A stretch of DNA of 62,758 nt, filler included, from Deltaproteobacteria bacterium (GTDB lineage: Bacteria > JAUYMQ01), in NCBI GenBank assembly GCA_030698575.1. It is 10 parts of 10 records of this genome, joined end to end, with 100 filler letters (N's around TTAATTAATTAA, not from the genome) between each part and the next. Parts side by side here need not be neighbours in the genome. Positions count along the whole stretch, not along the records: positions 18,277 to 23,147 come from JAUYMQ010000292.1; positions 23,248 to 32,969 come from JAUYMQ010000295.1; 8 more parts are not named here. One strand, written 5' to 3'. Positions 22,494 to 32,027 of the stretch are shown in pieces. How positions within the stretch are numbered: the first letter of the stretch is position 1; each line of letters opens with the position of its first letter. The position numbers were made by a program, and so were the translations under genes. Under the pieces are notes generated by a model. The model was not told where the DNA came from, searched no databases, and worked only from the letters and a program-made list of their open reading frames with translations.

Positions 22494-23147
22494 GCGATCC
22501 ACCCTCCCCCGAGAAGCCATTCGCCCCGGTAGAACACCGCCGCCTGCCCGGGCGCGATGGCGCGCGCCGGATGGGCCAGCGTCACCTCGGCCGTGTCGGC
22601 CGTGATGAATCGCACCCTGCCCTCTCCCTCCGCCATCCCGTGGCGGATCTTCACCATCACCCGCGCGTCGCGGGCGCGCCGCGGGCCCATCCAGTTCACC
22701 TCGGTGACCTTGAAAGTGCTCCGGAGCAAACCGTCGGCCGGGCCGACGACGATCCGGTTCAGGGCGGCATCGACGCGCTGCACGTACCAGGGGCCCCCGC
22801 TGAGGCCCAGGCCCCGCCGCTGGCCGACCGTGTAGCGATGGATGCCCGCGTGTTGACCAAGAATGTTCCCCTCTGAATCGACGATCTCCCCCGGCGGCGG
22901 CGCCGCGCCGGCCAGCTCGCCCGCGATGAAACCCTGCGTGTCGCCGTCGGGAATGAAACAGATCTCCTGGCTCTCGGGCTTGTCCGCGAGCGGCAGGCCA
23001 AACTCCCGCGCCGCCTTCCGCACTTCTTCCTTCGTGAGTTCGCCCACCGGAAAGATCGCGCGCTCGAGCTGCGCGGGATTCAGATTGAAAAGGAAGTAGG
23101 TCTGGTCCTTGCGCCGATCGAGGCCGCGCAGCACACGCACGCTGCCG
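22490..23147 (-). CDS. mnmA: tRNA 2-thiouridylase MnmA (3' part)
   Basis: KDQTYFL, ESQEICF, YTVGQRRGLG, PGQAAVFY, LGGG. Confidence 0.95.
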
Positions 23148-23247
23148 NNNNNNNNNNNNNNNNNNNNNNNNNNNNNNNNNNNNNNNNNNNNTTAATTAAT
23201 TAANNNNNNNNNNNNNNNNNNNNNNNNNNNNNNNNNNNNNNNNNNNN
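23148..23247. other. Artificial contig linker
   Basis: N run with TTAATTAATTAA. Confidence 0.99.
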
Positions 23248-24207
23248 AAGGCCGAAGAGCGCCGGGGACAGTATTGGTCGGCCCGTGTTCACGAGCGCGA
23301 AGGACGCTCCGGCGAAGCCAAGCAGCTCTACAACGCCATCATTCGCGCGGCGCCGCTCTCCTACTACCGGTTCGCTGCCGAGGTAAGGCTCAAGAAGCTC
23401 GGCGTTCCCCCGAGAAACGATCTCCGGCCGCTGCCGCCCCTGGGACCGCAGCCTCCGCTCCCGGGGGGCAAGGGGCTGGGCGCGCATTTTGAGCGAGGCC
23501 TCGAGCTGGCACGCCTCCGCCAGAATGCCGACGCCGCGATGGAGCTCGATCTCGTCCAGTTCGGGAGCGATCTCCGGATGTACTTTGCGCGGCTCTTTCT
23601 GGACATCGACGCGAACTACGAAGCGTCGCGCATGATCCTCTCACGCCATGCCGGCGCCATGTCCCGTGACGTATCCGGGATGGAGGGACTTCTGCGTTTC
23701 ACCTATCCGGCGGCCTACGATGTGCGCGTCAAGCGCGAGGCGGCGCGGCGCGGGATCGATCCGCGCATCGTCTGGGCCGTGATGCGAGAGGAGAGCACCT
23801 ACCGTCCCCGGATCATGAGCCCTGCGGGAGCGGTCGGTCTCTTGCAGCTGATGCCGGGGACGGCCGCGCGCATCGGCCCCGAGGCGGGAGTTCCGGGCAG
23901 AGGCATGCGCCTGGAGGATCCCGGCGTGAATATCACGCTCGGTGCCTACTATCTGGGCTGGCTGATGGATCGGTACGGCGGAAAGACGGAGCGCGGGCTT
24001 GCGGGATACAATGCAGGGGAGGACGCTGTGGACCGGTGGCTCGGGGAGATGCCGGCGTCGGTCCTCGCGGAGAAGGACGCCTTCATCGAGGAGATCTCAT
24101 ACAAGGAGACGCAGGGCTACGTGAAGAAGGTCCTCAAGAGCTACAACGTCTACCGGCGGCTCTATCCCGACGCCGCGGCGCCGGCCGCCAGGAAGCGCTC
24201 TCCCTGA
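23248..24207 (+). CDS. Soluble lytic transglycosylase (5' truncated)
   Basis: Frame open from contig start (YWSAR, SYYR); REES, GLLQLMP, YNAG, ETQGYVKKV. Confidence 0.9.
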   Translation, partial: KAEERRGQYWSARVHEREGRSGEAKQLYNAIIRAAPLSYYRFAAEVRLKKLGVPPRNDLRPLPPLGPQPPLPGGKGLGAHFERGLELARLRQNADAAMELDLVQFGSDLRMYFARLFLDIDANYEASRMILSRHAGAMSRDVSGMEGLLRFTYPAAYDVRVKREAARRGIDPRIVWAVMREESTYRPRIMSPAGAVGLLQLMPGTAARIGPEAGVPGRGMRLEDPGVNITLGAYYLGWLMDRYGGKTERGLAGYNAGEDAVDRWLGEMPASVLAEKDAFIEEISYKETQGYVKKVLKSYNVYRRLYPDAAAPAARKRSP

Positions 24208-24227
24208 AGCCGGCTCCCGATGGAAGC

Positions 24228-25793
24228 TCAGATCTTTCTCTCGACCCCCGCCCAGTACCGGCTGCGCAGCTCCCGCTTGAGCGGTTTTCCGCTCGGGTTG
24301 TGAGGGATCTCGTCGATGAAGTCGAAGCTGCGAGGAACCTTGTAGTCCGCCAGGCGCTCCTTGCAGAAGTCGGAAAGAGCCTCTGAGGGCGCTTCGCTCT
24401 CGACTTTCAGCACGACCAGGGCCTTGAGGCTCTCCCCCCATTCCTCGTCGGGCACCCCGACGACGACGCAGTCGTAGACGGCCGGGTGCATCCGCAGGAC
24501 GTTCTCGACCTCCGCAGGGTAGATGTTGACCCCGCCGCTGATCACCATGTCCTTCTTGCGATCAACGATGTAGTAGAACCCCTCCTCGTCGACGCGGGCC
24601 ATGTCCCCGACGCTGAAATATCCCTCGAGCAGGCTTTCCTCCGTCGCCTTTTCGTTCTTGTAGTAGCCCGTGATGAGCATGCTGTTCTTCACGTACAGCT
24701 GGCCAACCTCGCCGGCGGGTACCTCTTTGCCGTCTTCGCCGACGATCTTGATGTCGTTTCCGACGAGAGACTTGCCGCAGGATCCCGGTTTTCGGATCTG
24801 GTCCTGCGGCAGAAGGATGGTATTGATGCCCGTTTCCGTCGCCCCGTAGAATTCGTATAGGCAGTCGGGTCCGAAGATCGCAATCGTCTGCGTCTTGACG
24901 GAATGGTGGCAGGGCGCCGCGCCCGTGATCAGAGCTCGCATGGATGAAACATCGTGTCGTTGTTTCACGAACTCCGGGAGATTGGCGATGCGATTGAGCT
25001 GGGTTGGAACCACGAAGGCGGTGGTGATTTTCTCCTGCTCGACCGTCGCAAGGAAAGCTTCCGGATCAAAATGCCTGCCAATTACGACCGTTGCTCCGAA
25101 GACCAGGTGAATGGCCGTGAAGAACGCGGGGGCCGAGTGATAGAGGGGGCAGGTAACATAATTGACGTCGTTCATCGAAAAGCCGAAGTTCATGATGATG
25201 TCGGTGAGCATTTCGAGGTTGCGCGGCTGGTTGGCGCGGTAGGCTCCCTTGGGGGTTCCCGTGGTGCCGGAAGTGTAGATGATGGTGGAGCTGGCCTCCT
25301 CCGGATCGGCATCCAGTTCGGCGTCGCTGCCGCTTTCCATGAGCGTCTCGTACCGCTTGAAGGCGGGTGGCACGTTGTCCCCGAGAACAATGTAGTTCCC
25401 CTCCCGGATGTGACTTGCCCGGGGCATGACGGGACCCACCACGTTGATGAACTCCTCGCCGAGAATGAGCGCCCGGGCCTCCGAGTTGTTGAGGATGAAT
25501 TCGATCTCGGGCGCTTTGAGGCGGTAGCCGATCGGAACAGCGGAGCTCTTGAGCTTCTGCATCGCGAACATCACTTCGGCCCACTCGGCGCGGTTGTGGA
25601 GCAGTACCGCCACGCGGTCGCCCCGCCCGATGCCCACCTCCCGGAGGGCGCTCGCGAGGCGATTGACGCGCATGTTGAACTCCCGGAAACTGAGCCGAAG
25701 ATCACCGTCTACGATGGCTGTGCGGTCCGGATTGTGAACGGCCTGGAACTGGAGAGTGAACGGAGCAGGCTCGGATGTCTGGCCGTCAGTCAT
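24228..25793 (-). CDS. Long-chain acyl-CoA synthetase / AMP-binding enzyme
   Basis: YTSGTTGTPKG, YGATE, GDMA, DRKKD, SGGVNIYP, NPSGK. Confidence 0.92.
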   Translation of the reverse strand: MTDGQTSEPAPFTLQFQAVHNPDRTAIVDGDLRLSFREFNMRVNRLASALREVGIGRGDRVAVLLHNRAEWAEVMFAMQKLKSSAVPIGYRLKAPEIEFILNNSEARALILGEEFINVVGPVMPRASHIREGNYIVLGDNVPPAFKRYETLMESGSDAELDADPEEASSTIIYTSGTTGTPKGAYRANQPRNLEMLTDIIMNFGFSMNDVNYVTCPLYHSAPAFFTAIHLVFGATVVIGRHFDPEAFLATVEQEKITTAFVVPTQLNRIANLPEFVKQRHDVSSMRALITGAAPCHHSVKTQTIAIFGPDCLYEFYGATETGINTILLPQDQIRKPGSCGKSLVGNDIKIVGEDGKEVPAGEVGQLYVKNSMLITGYYKNEKATEESLLEGYFSVGDMARVDEEGFYYIVDRKKDMVISGGVNIYPAEVENVLRMHPAVYDCVVVGVPDEEWGESLKALVVLKVESEAPSEALSDFCKERLADYKVPRSFDFIDEIPHNPSGKPLKRELRSRYWAGVERKI

Positions 25794-25920
25794 GGATCTC
25801 TCCCGGATTTCGTCGAGGTGCGCGCAGCGGTTGTGTGCAGGCAGACGGAGTTTCGCTTTCAATGTGTGGGGATCCGCGAGTTTATCGGAAGGGGATCGGC
25901 CTTACAAGCTCGCGGCGCGT

Positions 25921-25949
25921 TTGACAGGCCTGGTGGACACTGATAGGAG
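25921..25949 (+). promoter_or_regulatory. Candidate sigma70 promoter for the Tat partner-GMC operon
   Basis: TTGACA-17 nt-TAGGAG with upstream TG; weak -10. Confidence 0.3.
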
Positions 25950-26012
25950 GAAATCGGCTGGACGCCCATCAACGGGTGCTTCCTTCCGGGAGGCGCTCCT
26001 CGGGGATTCCTG

Positions 26013-26654
26013 ATGAAAACAGATGAGAGATCTCGAACCCTCTGGAAGCCGCCGGCGACGGCTGGCGCTGAGGCCGCCGTCGAAGGCTTGACCGTCGAGG
26101 TGAACCGCCGGAATTTTTTGAAAGGCACCCTGGCGGGTTCAATTCTGCTCGCGGGCTCGGGCCTGCTGCCGGCCGGTTGCGCCAGGTACGAAGCGCCCGG
26201 CGCTGAGCTCAAGGTCTTCAGCGAGAAGGAATATGCCGTCATGAAGGCGGCCGCCGACGCCCTGGTGGGGCATGGCGGTGAGGGCGCGCCGAGCGCGACG
26301 GAGGCCGGTGTGGCCGCTCAGTTCGACGCGCAGCTAGCCTTCGCGCCCGAAGAGGTGCGCACCCAGGTGAAGCAGATGCTCCAGATATTCGAGCACGGCA
26401 CCCAGGTCTTCTTCTTCTCGATCAAGCGTTTTACGGAACTGTCGCCGGAGCAGCAGGACAGCTACATAGAAACCTGGATGGAAAGCGGGATAGCCTTCCG
26501 CAAGACCGTCTTCACGGCCATGAGGCGGATATCCTTCGCTATCTATTACGCCACGCCGGCCGTGTGGTCCTCGATTGACTACGACGGTCCCTGGATCGGC
26601 CAGACCGCCATCGGCGGACGCGGCTGGGCCGAAAAGCAGCTTCGAAACTTCTGA
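26013..26654 (+). CDS. Tat-signal, gluconate-2-dehydrogenase-subunit-3-like partner of a GMC oxidoreductase
   Basis: NRRNFLK twin-arginine, PAGC possible lipobox, RFTELS, YY..P.VW..I.YDGP. Confidence 0.8.
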   Translation: MKTDERSRTLWKPPATAGAEAAVEGLTVEVNRRNFLKGTLAGSILLAGSGLLPAGCARYEAPGAELKVFSEKEYAVMKAAADALVGHGGEGAPSATEAGVAAQFDAQLAFAPEEVRTQVKQMLQIFEHGTQVFFFSIKRFTELSPEQQDSYIETWMESGIAFRKTVFTAMRRISFAIYYATPAVWSSIDYDGPWIGQTAIGGRGWAEKQLRNF

Positions 26655-26679
26655 CCGGTATTCTCAGGGAGGGCCCGCC

Positions 26680-28212
26680 ATGGGCGAGGTCTACGAGTAC
26701 ACGGACATACGCGAGGATCGGTCGGAGACGGTGGACGTCTGCGTGATCGGCACGGGCGCGGGCGGGGCGACCCTGGCCTACGAGCTTGCCGCCGCCGGGA
26801 AGTCCGTGGTCATGCTGGAGGCGGGGGGGTACTACCGGGCGAAGGACTTCAACCAGCGCGAGCTGGAAATGAACGCCCTCCTGTTCGTGGACGGGGGAGC
26901 CCAGGCGCCCAAGGACGGCTCGATCACCGTTCTCCAGGGAAGGTGCGTGGGCGGCTCGACGACGGTGAACGCGCTGGTCTGCTTTCGCACGCCGGATTTC
27001 GTGCTCGAGGACTGGGCGGCCAACTACGGGATCGAAGGCTATTCCACGGCCGATCTCGCGCCCCACTTCGCGAGGGCCGAGGAGATCCTGAGCGTCAAGG
27101 AAAACACCGAAATCGAGATCAACAACAACAGCCGGATCTTCCGGAAAGGGTGCCGGGAGATGGGAGTCGCGGTGGCTCCCTTCAGGCGAAATGTGGTCGC
27201 CTGCCAGCTCTCGGGCTTCTGCGTGCAGGGCTGCTCCTACGACGCCAAGCAGGCGGCGCTGGTGACCTATATCCCCCGCGCGATCGCCGCAGGCGCAACG
27301 CTCTATGCCGACACCGAAGCCGAGGAGATCCTGCTGACGGACGGCCGCGCTTCCGGTGTGCAGGCCGTGATGCGGGATCGGAGGACCGGCCAGCCGCTGG
27401 GACAGCTGAAGATCCGGAGCAAGATCGTCATCCTCGCGGCGGGCGCCATTCAGACCCCGCTCTTGCTCCTGCGGAACAAGATCGGCAACTCGAGCGGGCA
27501 GGTGGGCAAGAACCTCGCGCTGCATCCCAACGTTTTCGTGCTCGGCAAGTTCAACGAGGATATCCACCCTTACCGCGGGGCGCTCATGGGCTGCTATTCC
27601 GACGAGTGGATGCACCCGGACAAGGGCGGGATCCTCATTGAAGCCGGCTTCGGCGGCCCCGCTGGGATGTCCGTGCTCCTTCCCGGGTTCGGAAACCCGG
27701 CCCGGGAGATCATGACGGGCCTGAAACACCTGGCCGGGTGGTTCCCCCTGGTGCACGACAAGGGGGTCGGTGAAGTGGCGGTGGGGAAGGACGGCAAGAA
27801 GGTTATCAGCTACGAGATGACGCCGGAGGACGGCGAGAAGCTGAAGTTCGGCCTCGTCCGCTGCAGCGAGATCGCTTTCGCCGCGGGCGCAACCGAGGTC
27901 CATACGGCTTTCACCCGGCCGCTCACCCTCGGTTCGGCGAAGGACGTGGGCCAGATCGACCGCATGCCCACCGGACCAAACGACGTCGCGCTGATCTCCT
28001 ATCATCCCCAGGGATCCTGCAGGATGGGGCCGGATCCCTCTCGCGCCGTCGTCGGGCTCGACGGTCAGGCCCACGACGTCCCCGGACTGTTCATCACCGA
28101 CGCCAGCATATTCCCCACTTCTGTTTCGGTGAACACGCAGATCCCGACCTATGGCATGGCCACGAAGATCGCTTCGGGGATCCTGGCGGACGACGCCAAG
28201 CATTTCGGCTGA
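26680..28212 (+). CDS. GMC family flavoprotein oxidoreductase (long-chain alcohol oxidase-like)
   Basis: GTGAGG, GRCVGGSTTVN, CxxxxxCxxGC, HPQGSCRMG, DASIFP, VNTQ. Confidence 0.9.
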   Translation: MGEVYEYTDIREDRSETVDVCVIGTGAGGATLAYELAAAGKSVVMLEAGGYYRAKDFNQRELEMNALLFVDGGAQAPKDGSITVLQGRCVGGSTTVNALVCFRTPDFVLEDWAANYGIEGYSTADLAPHFARAEEILSVKENTEIEINNNSRIFRKGCREMGVAVAPFRRNVVACQLSGFCVQGCSYDAKQAALVTYIPRAIAAGATLYADTEAEEILLTDGRASGVQAVMRDRRTGQPLGQLKIRSKIVILAAGAIQTPLLLLRNKIGNSSGQVGKNLALHPNVFVLGKFNEDIHPYRGALMGCYSDEWMHPDKGGILIEAGFGGPAGMSVLLPGFGNPAREIMTGLKHLAGWFPLVHDKGVGEVAVGKDGKKVISYEMTPEDGEKLKFGLVRCSEIAFAAGATEVHTAFTRPLTLGSAKDVGQIDRMPTGPNDVALISYHPQGSCRMGPDPSRAVVGLDGQAHDVPGLFITDASIFPTSVSVNTQIPTYGMATKIASGILADDAKHFG

Positions 28213-28319
28213 AGCGAGGACGGATAAGAGGGACCGGAACGGGGAGCACGGACTCGCCGTTCGCGACCAATCGCGGGAGAGTGCGGATGGCTGACGTGAA
28301 GAGGCCGCGTGAGCGGGCC

Positions 28320-28523
28320 ATGGACGAACAGGACGTCGAGAAGATCGTCAATGCGATCAAAGCCTCCAATCTCACGACGTGCTACTTGCTCTACCAGGTG
28401 CTCGTCGAGACCCGAGGCGAGAAGGCCGGATACGAGCAGTTCAAGGCCGACTGGCTCCGGACTTACTTCTCGACCCTCAAGATTGTCGAGAAGGTGAAGC
28501 GTCGATCTTCTGATCGCACCTGA
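28320..28523 (+). CDS. Small hypothetical protein (start may be 28287)
   Basis: MDEQDVEKIVNAIKASNL...; host-like codon usage. Confidence 0.55.
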   Translation: MDEQDVEKIVNAIKASNLTTCYLLYQVLVETRGEKAGYEQFKADWLRTYFSTLKIVEKVKRRSSDRT

Positions 28524-28721
28524 GTCGGCCCGTTATCGAAGGGACGGCACGCATGAAGGGCCCCCTTCAGGAATCACCCCGCGACCTCGTACCCGTTCCT
28601 CTCGGCACCCACAATCTTGTCTGCCTCCAGGGATTCCACGGAAAGGAGCTGGCATGAGGCGCCCGTCGCTTCGCCTCGCGGCCCGGACCACGGAACTCTG
28701 CCAGCCGACGGTTTTCGCGCA

Positions 28722-29456
28722 GTGAGCCGCCGCGACCCCGCGCTCGACAGATTCGTCATCGACTGCCGACGCTTGTTCGAGGTCGAACTCGAGAGCGTCT
28801 TTCTCTATGGAAGCGGTGCGGATGGCGAGTTTCGCGAAGGCCTGTCGGATCACAATCTGGCGATCGTCATGAAACCGGTCCGGCCCGAGGCACTGCGCCG
28901 GGCATCGCGGCGCCTCGGCACGTGGCGAAAGTGGGGCATCGGAACGCCCCTCGTCCTGGACGCTTCGGTGCTGGAGGAGGGGATGTCGGTTTTTCCGATC
29001 GAACTCGGGGAGATGAAACGAGCGCACCGCGTGCTTTTCGGGAGCGACCCCTTTCTGTCCCTCCATGTTGGAACGGAGCGGCTCCGCTGGCAGTGCGAGT
29101 ACGAAATCCAGGCGAAGATTCTTTCCCTCCGTCAGGCTTATCTCCGCGAGGCGGGCTCGCCGGCGGCCACGCTGAGAATAGTGCAGGACTCGCTCAAGTC
29201 CTTTCTCATCATCATGCGTAACGCCTTGACCCTCATAGGAGAATCGCCCCCCTCGCGACTGACCGAGGTGCTCGATCGCGTGGAGTCCCGCTGGGGAGTC
29301 GCGCTGCCGACCTGGCGGCGGGTCCTGTCGACGCGGCAGGAGGGAGGCCGGGTCAAGCGCGCGGAGATCCACCCGCTGTTCGCCGCCTATCTCGATGAAG
29401 CCGCCTCCCTCGTGGCGCACTTCAGCGAGCCCATCGATGGGGGGAGCGCCCCATGA
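28722..29456 (+). CDS. Pol-beta-superfamily nucleotidyltransferase-domain protein (start uncertain)
   Basis: LYGSGA.GEF..GLSDHN, VFPIE, helical C-terminal domain; overlaps the TPM gene. Confidence 0.75.
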   Translation: MSRRDPALDRFVIDCRRLFEVELESVFLYGSGADGEFREGLSDHNLAIVMKPVRPEALRRASRRLGTWRKWGIGTPLVLDASVLEEGMSVFPIELGEMKRAHRVLFGSDPFLSLHVGTERLRWQCEYEIQAKILSLRQAYLREAGSPAATLRIVQDSLKSFLIIMRNALTLIGESPPSRLTEVLDRVESRWGVALPTWRRVLSTRQEGGRVKRAEIHPLFAAYLDEAASLVAHFSEPIDGGSAP

Positions 29457-30268
29457 TCGCGCGACCCGGTTCGGACATCGGATGCTGGATCACGCAGCGG
29501 GCGCTCACAAGACGCATGTTTCCGGCCTGGTGCCTCTTGTCTGCCTTGCTGGCAGTTTTCCTGCCCCTGTCAGCCGGCGCCGCTCCTGAGGGGCCGCCGT
29601 TGCCCGCGCCCTCGGGATTCGTCACCGACAAGGCAGAAGTGATCGATGAGAACAGGGACAAGCAAATTGTAGCGCTGCTCGGCGAACTCGAGAAACGAAC
29701 CGGCGCAGCACTGGCGGTCCTGACCGTGCAGACCACCCATCCGCTGGACGATCTGGAGTACGCACAGCGCGTGATGGACCTCTGGCGCCTTGGAAGCGGG
29801 AGCGGGCAGCGCGGCCTGCTGATGCTGGTCGCGGTGCGCGACCGCCGGGTGCGCATCGTTTCTGGCCGGGGTTTGCAACGGATATTCCCGCAGGAAAAGA
29901 TCGACGCCATAGTCGACGAGCGCATCGTGCCACAGTTCAAGGAAGGGCACTACGGACTTGGAATCCTGAGCGGCCTCTGGGCGCTCTCCGAGGAGATCGC
30001 CATCGAGTCCCGGATCAAGCTCTCCTTCGAATCCCCCAGTCTGACGAACGGAGATCCGGGGAGAACCCAGATTGCCGCCTTCAGCAAATTGCTCGGCGTG
30101 CTGGTGGCGTTGCTGGTGGGTGGCCTTCTCTGGTTCGTCTGGCGGGATTACCGGCGCCAGGGAGCGATCAAGGTGAAGGGCGGACCCGGCGGTCCCCCCG
30201 CGGGTGGGGGGGGGTCTTACCGGGGCGGTCAGGGCGGCGGCTTCGGAGGCGCGGGGCGCGGCAAGTAG
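29453..30268 (+). CDS. TPM-domain (YgcG-like) membrane protein
   Basis: FVTDKAEVI, AVLTV, W.LG...GLLMLVA..DRRVRI..G.GL, TM helix, Gly-rich tail. Confidence 0.85.
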   Translation: MIARPGSDIGCWITQRALTRRMFPAWCLLSALLAVFLPLSAGAAPEGPPLPAPSGFVTDKAEVIDENRDKQIVALLGELEKRTGAALAVLTVQTTHPLDDLEYAQRVMDLWRLGSGSGQRGLLMLVAVRDRRVRIVSGRGLQRIFPQEKIDAIVDERIVPQFKEGHYGLGILSGLWALSEEIAIESRIKLSFESPSLTNGDPGRTQIAAFSKLLGVLVALLVGGLLWFVWRDYRRQGAIKVKGGPGGPPAGGGGSYRGGQGGGFGGAGRGK

Positions 30269-30288
30269 CCCGAAGAGGTGATGACGCA

Positions 30289-31071
30289 ATGACGGAGCAG
30301 GCGATCGAACAGGCCGCGGCAATCCTGTCGCGTGCGAAACGGATCGTGGTGTTCACCGGAGCAGGGATCAGCACGGAGTCGGGCATTCCCGATTTTCGCA
30401 GCCCTGGTGGCGTCTGGGATCGTTTCGACCCTACGGAGTTCACCTACCAGCGATTTCTCTCCAGCGAAGACGCGCGGCGGAAATACTGGTCGCTCTCGAA
30501 GCTCTTCTACGAACCGCTCGTATCGGCGAACCCCAACCCCGGCCATGACGCCGTGGTGGCGCTGGAGCGATGGGGACGGCTCGATTGCATTGTGACGCAG
30601 AATATCGACGGCCTTCACCAGCGGGCGGGCAGCTCTCCCGATCGGGTAATCGAGCTTCACGGGACCGCGCTTTCGGTTTCCTGTCTCTCCTGCCGAAAGC
30701 GGCATTCCCGGGAAGAGGTTCAGGCGCGCGTCGAGGCCGGAGAAGAAGTGCCGCGCTGCGAGGGCTGCGGCGGCATCATGAAGCCGGACACGATCTCCTT
30801 CGGGCAACCCATGCCCGAACGCGAGACGGCCGAGGCCTTTCGGCGGGCCGAAAACTGCGATCTCTGCTGGGTGATTGGATCGTCGCTGGTGGTGACACCG
30901 GCGGCCCACGTGCCCGTGGCCGCGGTCAACGCCGGCGCGAAGCTTATCATCCTGAACGGCTCTGAAACCCCCCTGGATGAAGCCGCGGACGTCGTCCTGC
31001 GGGGAAAGGCAGGCGAAGTGGCGCCCCGCCTGATCGAGCGGGCCCGCGCGCTTGCGGGAGAGACCGCTTGA
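30289..31071 (+). CDS. cobB: NAD-dependent protein deacylase (sirtuin)
   Basis: TGAGISTESGIPDFR, TQNIDGLH, ELHG, two CxxC, GSSL. Confidence 0.93.
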   Translation: MTEQAIEQAAAILSRAKRIVVFTGAGISTESGIPDFRSPGGVWDRFDPTEFTYQRFLSSEDARRKYWSLSKLFYEPLVSANPNPGHDAVVALERWGRLDCIVTQNIDGLHQRAGSSPDRVIELHGTALSVSCLSCRKRHSREEVQARVEAGEEVPRCEGCGGIMKPDTISFGQPMPERETAEAFRRAENCDLCWVIGSSLVVTPAAHVPVAAVNAGAKLIILNGSETPLDEAADVVLRGKAGEVAPRLIERARALAGETA

Positions 31072-32027
31072 GCGCCTCGCAGCAGGGTGGGCCGGGCGCC
31101 CACTTCGACGTTGTCGGCCTGGGGCTCAACGCCGTCGACACCCTCCTCGTCGTCCCCGAGTATCCGCAATTCAACACGAAGATCGAGATAACCGATCACG
31201 CGCAAACGGGGGGCGGGCAGGTCGCCACGGCCCTGGTGGCCTGCCAGCGCTGGGGGCTGCGGACCAAGTACATCGGGGCGGTGGGCGATGACGAGGCGGG
31301 GCGCTTCCAGAGGCGCTCGCTGCGTGAGGAGGGTCTCGACATCTCCGACCTGCTGGAGGTGCCCGGCGCCTTCACGCAAATGGCGACGATCATCGTCGAG
31401 TCGCGCTCGGGTGAGCGCACGATCCTGTGGCGGCGCGACGAGAAACTGAAACGCGATCCGGCCACTCTGCCGGAGGAGGCAATCGCGCGAGGGCGCGTCC
31501 TGCTGGTGGACGGCCACGAGATTCCGCTTTCCATTCGGGCCGCCGGGATTGCACGCGCGCGCGGAATGCCCGTGATTCTCGACATCGATAGCGTGCGAGA
31601 GGGCAGCCGCGAGCTGCTGGCGCTGGTGGACTACCCGGTGGTCAGCGAGACCTTCGCACCCAGGCTTACAGGAAAGGCGGCTATCGTTGAGGCCCTGCGG
31701 GAGGTGCAGCGACTCTCCGCGGGGGGATTCGCCTGCGCCACCCTCGGCAGCGGCGGCGCGCTGGCGCTCTCGCCGGAGGGGGACATGCGCGTCGGAGCCG
31801 CGGGGGTAAAGGCGGTGGACACGACTGGCGCCGGCGATGTGTTCCACGGCGGATTCGCCTACGGGCTGGTCCGGGGCTGGGATCTCGCGCGCACTTTGCG
31901 TTTCGCCGCCGCGGCCGCCTCGCTCAACTGCACCGGCTACGGGGCGCGGGGCGGAATCCGGTCGCTGGAGGAGGTGGAGCGGGAAGCGGGGGCACTCCGT
32001 GTCGAGCCGCTCACTGCTTCTCGATAA
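31068..32027 (+). CDS. PfkB-family carbohydrate kinase
   Basis: GGGQVATA, VGDD, DTTGAGDVFHGGF. Confidence 0.92.
   Translation: MSASQQGGPGAHFDVVGLGLNAVDTLLVVPEYPQFNTKIEITDHAQTGGGQVATALVACQRWGLRTKYIGAVGDDEAGRFQRRSLREEGLDISDLLEVPGAFTQMATIIVESRSGERTILWRRDEKLKRDPATLPEEAIARGRVLLVDGHEIPLSIRAAGIARARGMPVILDIDSVREGSRELLALVDYPVVSETFAPRLTGKAAIVEALREVQRLSAGGFACATLGSGGALALSPEGDMRVGAAGVKAVDTTGAGDVFHGGFAYGLVRGWDLARTLRFAAAAASLNCTGYGARGGIRSLEEVEREAGALRVEPLTASR

Noticed and set aside
30289-31071. Sirtuin as an anti-phage SIR2 effector
   Set aside because: It is a classical Zn-binding CobB-type deacylase in a housekeeping context.
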